Part shown: piece after piece, positions 34,912-35,763 of the stretch
Layout: every line of letters starts with the position of its first letter
Numbering within the stretch: position 1 is the stretch's first letter
Origin: Candidatus Woesebacteria bacterium
GTDB lineage: Bacteria; Patescibacteriota; Microgenomatia; UBA8517
Direction of reading: 5' to 3'
Length of the DNA stretch: 35,763 nt
Assembly (NCBI GenBank): GCA_003484955.1
Contig: DMZH01000003.1
Location: forward strand, 1-35,763
Notes under the pieces: model-generated
Database searches by the model: none
What the model saw: only the letters and a program-made list of their open reading frames with translations
Told to the model about the DNA's origin: nothing
Made by a program: the position numbers and the translations under genes

Positions 34912-35397
34912 TTATTTAAAGTTTTTAATAAATTCCCATTGAGATCTTGAAGAGGTCTCCTTGGTAAGCTTGTCTATTTCAGTAAACTTGACTTCTCCGG
35001 TATCCTGTCCATTACCGTTTGGTAATATTTTACCTCCGATTTTTTCTACTTCGTAATAAATAAAAATTCCGTGAACGTCGGTCCCTTTGAAAGTGAAAAA
35101 GTCTTCGCCAACTCCTAAAAGCTTCCCTATTCTTACTTTGATTCCTGTTTCTTCCTTAAATTCTCTTTCTAGCCCTTGAGATATTGATTCATCCATTTCG
35201 ATTCCCCCTCCAGGAAATCCATATTTTGAAAGCAATTTATGTCTTTGGACCAACACTTTATTTTCTGCTCTTAAAACTCCATAAGCACTTGGTCTAAATT
35301 TAAAATCGTTTAACCAGCGTTTGTGCTTTTTACCAAATAAATCAAAGGCGGTAATTTGTCTGTTCCTGCTTTTCTTAAAAAGAGGTTCGTCAATCAT
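34912..35397 (-). CDS. NUDIX hydrolase
   Basis: The Nudix box is GGGIEMDESISQGLEREFKEETGI (GX5EX7REUXEEXGU). Confidence 0.9.
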   Translation of the reverse strand: MIDEPLFKKSRNRQITAFDLFGKKHKRWLNDFKFRPSAYGVLRAENKVLVQRHKLLSKYGFPGGGIEMDESISQGLEREFKEETGIKVRIGKLLGVGEDFFTFKGTDVHGIFIYYEVEKIGGKILPNGNGQDTGEVKFTEIDKLTKETSSRSQWEFIKNFK

Positions 35398-35449
35398 ATA
35401 AGTATTATATCAATTATTTGAATATCAATATCGTAATGGTAAATGTATG

Positions 35450-35477
35450 ATGGTCTTATATACACATATAAGACCAT
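35450..35477. repeat. 12-bp perfect-stem hairpin/palindrome (atggtcttatat-acac-atataagaccat)
   Basis: Read directly. It lies between the small ORF at 35543 and the Nudix gene start. No clear U-tract follows on either strand. Confidence 0.6.
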
Positions 35478-35542
35478 TCAGCTTGGAGTTAGGTAAAAGG
35501 ATCTTGCAGGGGTCACCTTTTAAAGGTGCTGGGTGATAAAAA

Positions 35543-35763
35543 TTAGTTTACAGAAGTTTCCAATTTAGCTACTCTTTTTTCCAAAGAGCTGAATTGATTT
35601 ATGGTTGGAGAATTTACAGCTACATTGGAAATAGACTTGATAAGTTCTTTTTTTGTTTTGTTTAGTTCCCGTTTAAGTGTGGTTTCGGTTACCATGCCAA
35701 ACTCCTTTAAAATTGGCTTTAAATTATTTTTTGTCACCACACCAATCTCCTGGAGCTGTTTTT
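35543..35763 (-). CDS. Small coiled-coil protein; the frame stays open to the window edge, so the 5' end may be missing
   Basis: The C-terminal ...FSSLEKRVAKLETSVN is heptad-like. The same frame reads KQLQEIGV upstream of the GTG at 35740. Confidence 0.4.
   Translation of the reverse strand, partial: KQLQEIGVVTKNNLKPILKEFGMVTETTLKRELNKTKKELIKSISNVAVNSPTINQFSSLEKRVAKLETSVN

Noticed and set aside
1-35763. I looked for CRISPR arrays, rRNA and tRNA genes, and transposase/IS elements.
   Set aside because: I saw no regularly spaced direct repeats, no rRNA-like conserved blocks, no cloverleaf-compatible sequences in the two long spacers, and no transposase-like ORF. The only mobile-element-type features are the intein, the Xer-like genes and the repeat-bracketed cassette.

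Overview
This is a moderately AT-rich bacterial window. It has giant surface proteins, many small accessory genes and tight gene overlaps, which by inference resembles a CPR/Patescibacteria-type genome. Genes on the + strand (1-17309) are a 5'-truncated membrane pyrophosphatase, a sortase, a 1945-aa LPATG-anchored adhesin, an Fn3-like anchored protein, four monocistronic accessory genes, gyrA interrupted by a LAGLIDADG intein, and a SIMPL/DUF541 protein. Gene orientation flips at about 17.3 kb. The mostly minus-strand remainder carries two tandem Xer-like tyrosine recombinases with a small ORF between them, and a HAD hydrolase. Next comes an ~800-nt ORF-free region rich in repeats, including an 11-6-11 dif-like palindrome. 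After it come a membrane protein and yebC, then a small-gene island with Phd/YefM-RelE and a retropepsin-like/DUF5678-like pair bracketed by 22-bp perfect direct repeats. Two large surface proteins follow. The window ends with an AT-rich island encoding an APH-fold kinase, RpiB, an ADP-ribosylglycohydrolase-family protein, an unknown protein, a nucleotidyltransferase and a Nudix hydrolase. I found no rRNA, tRNA or CRISPR array. All family calls rest on motifs read by eye from the translations; no searches were run.
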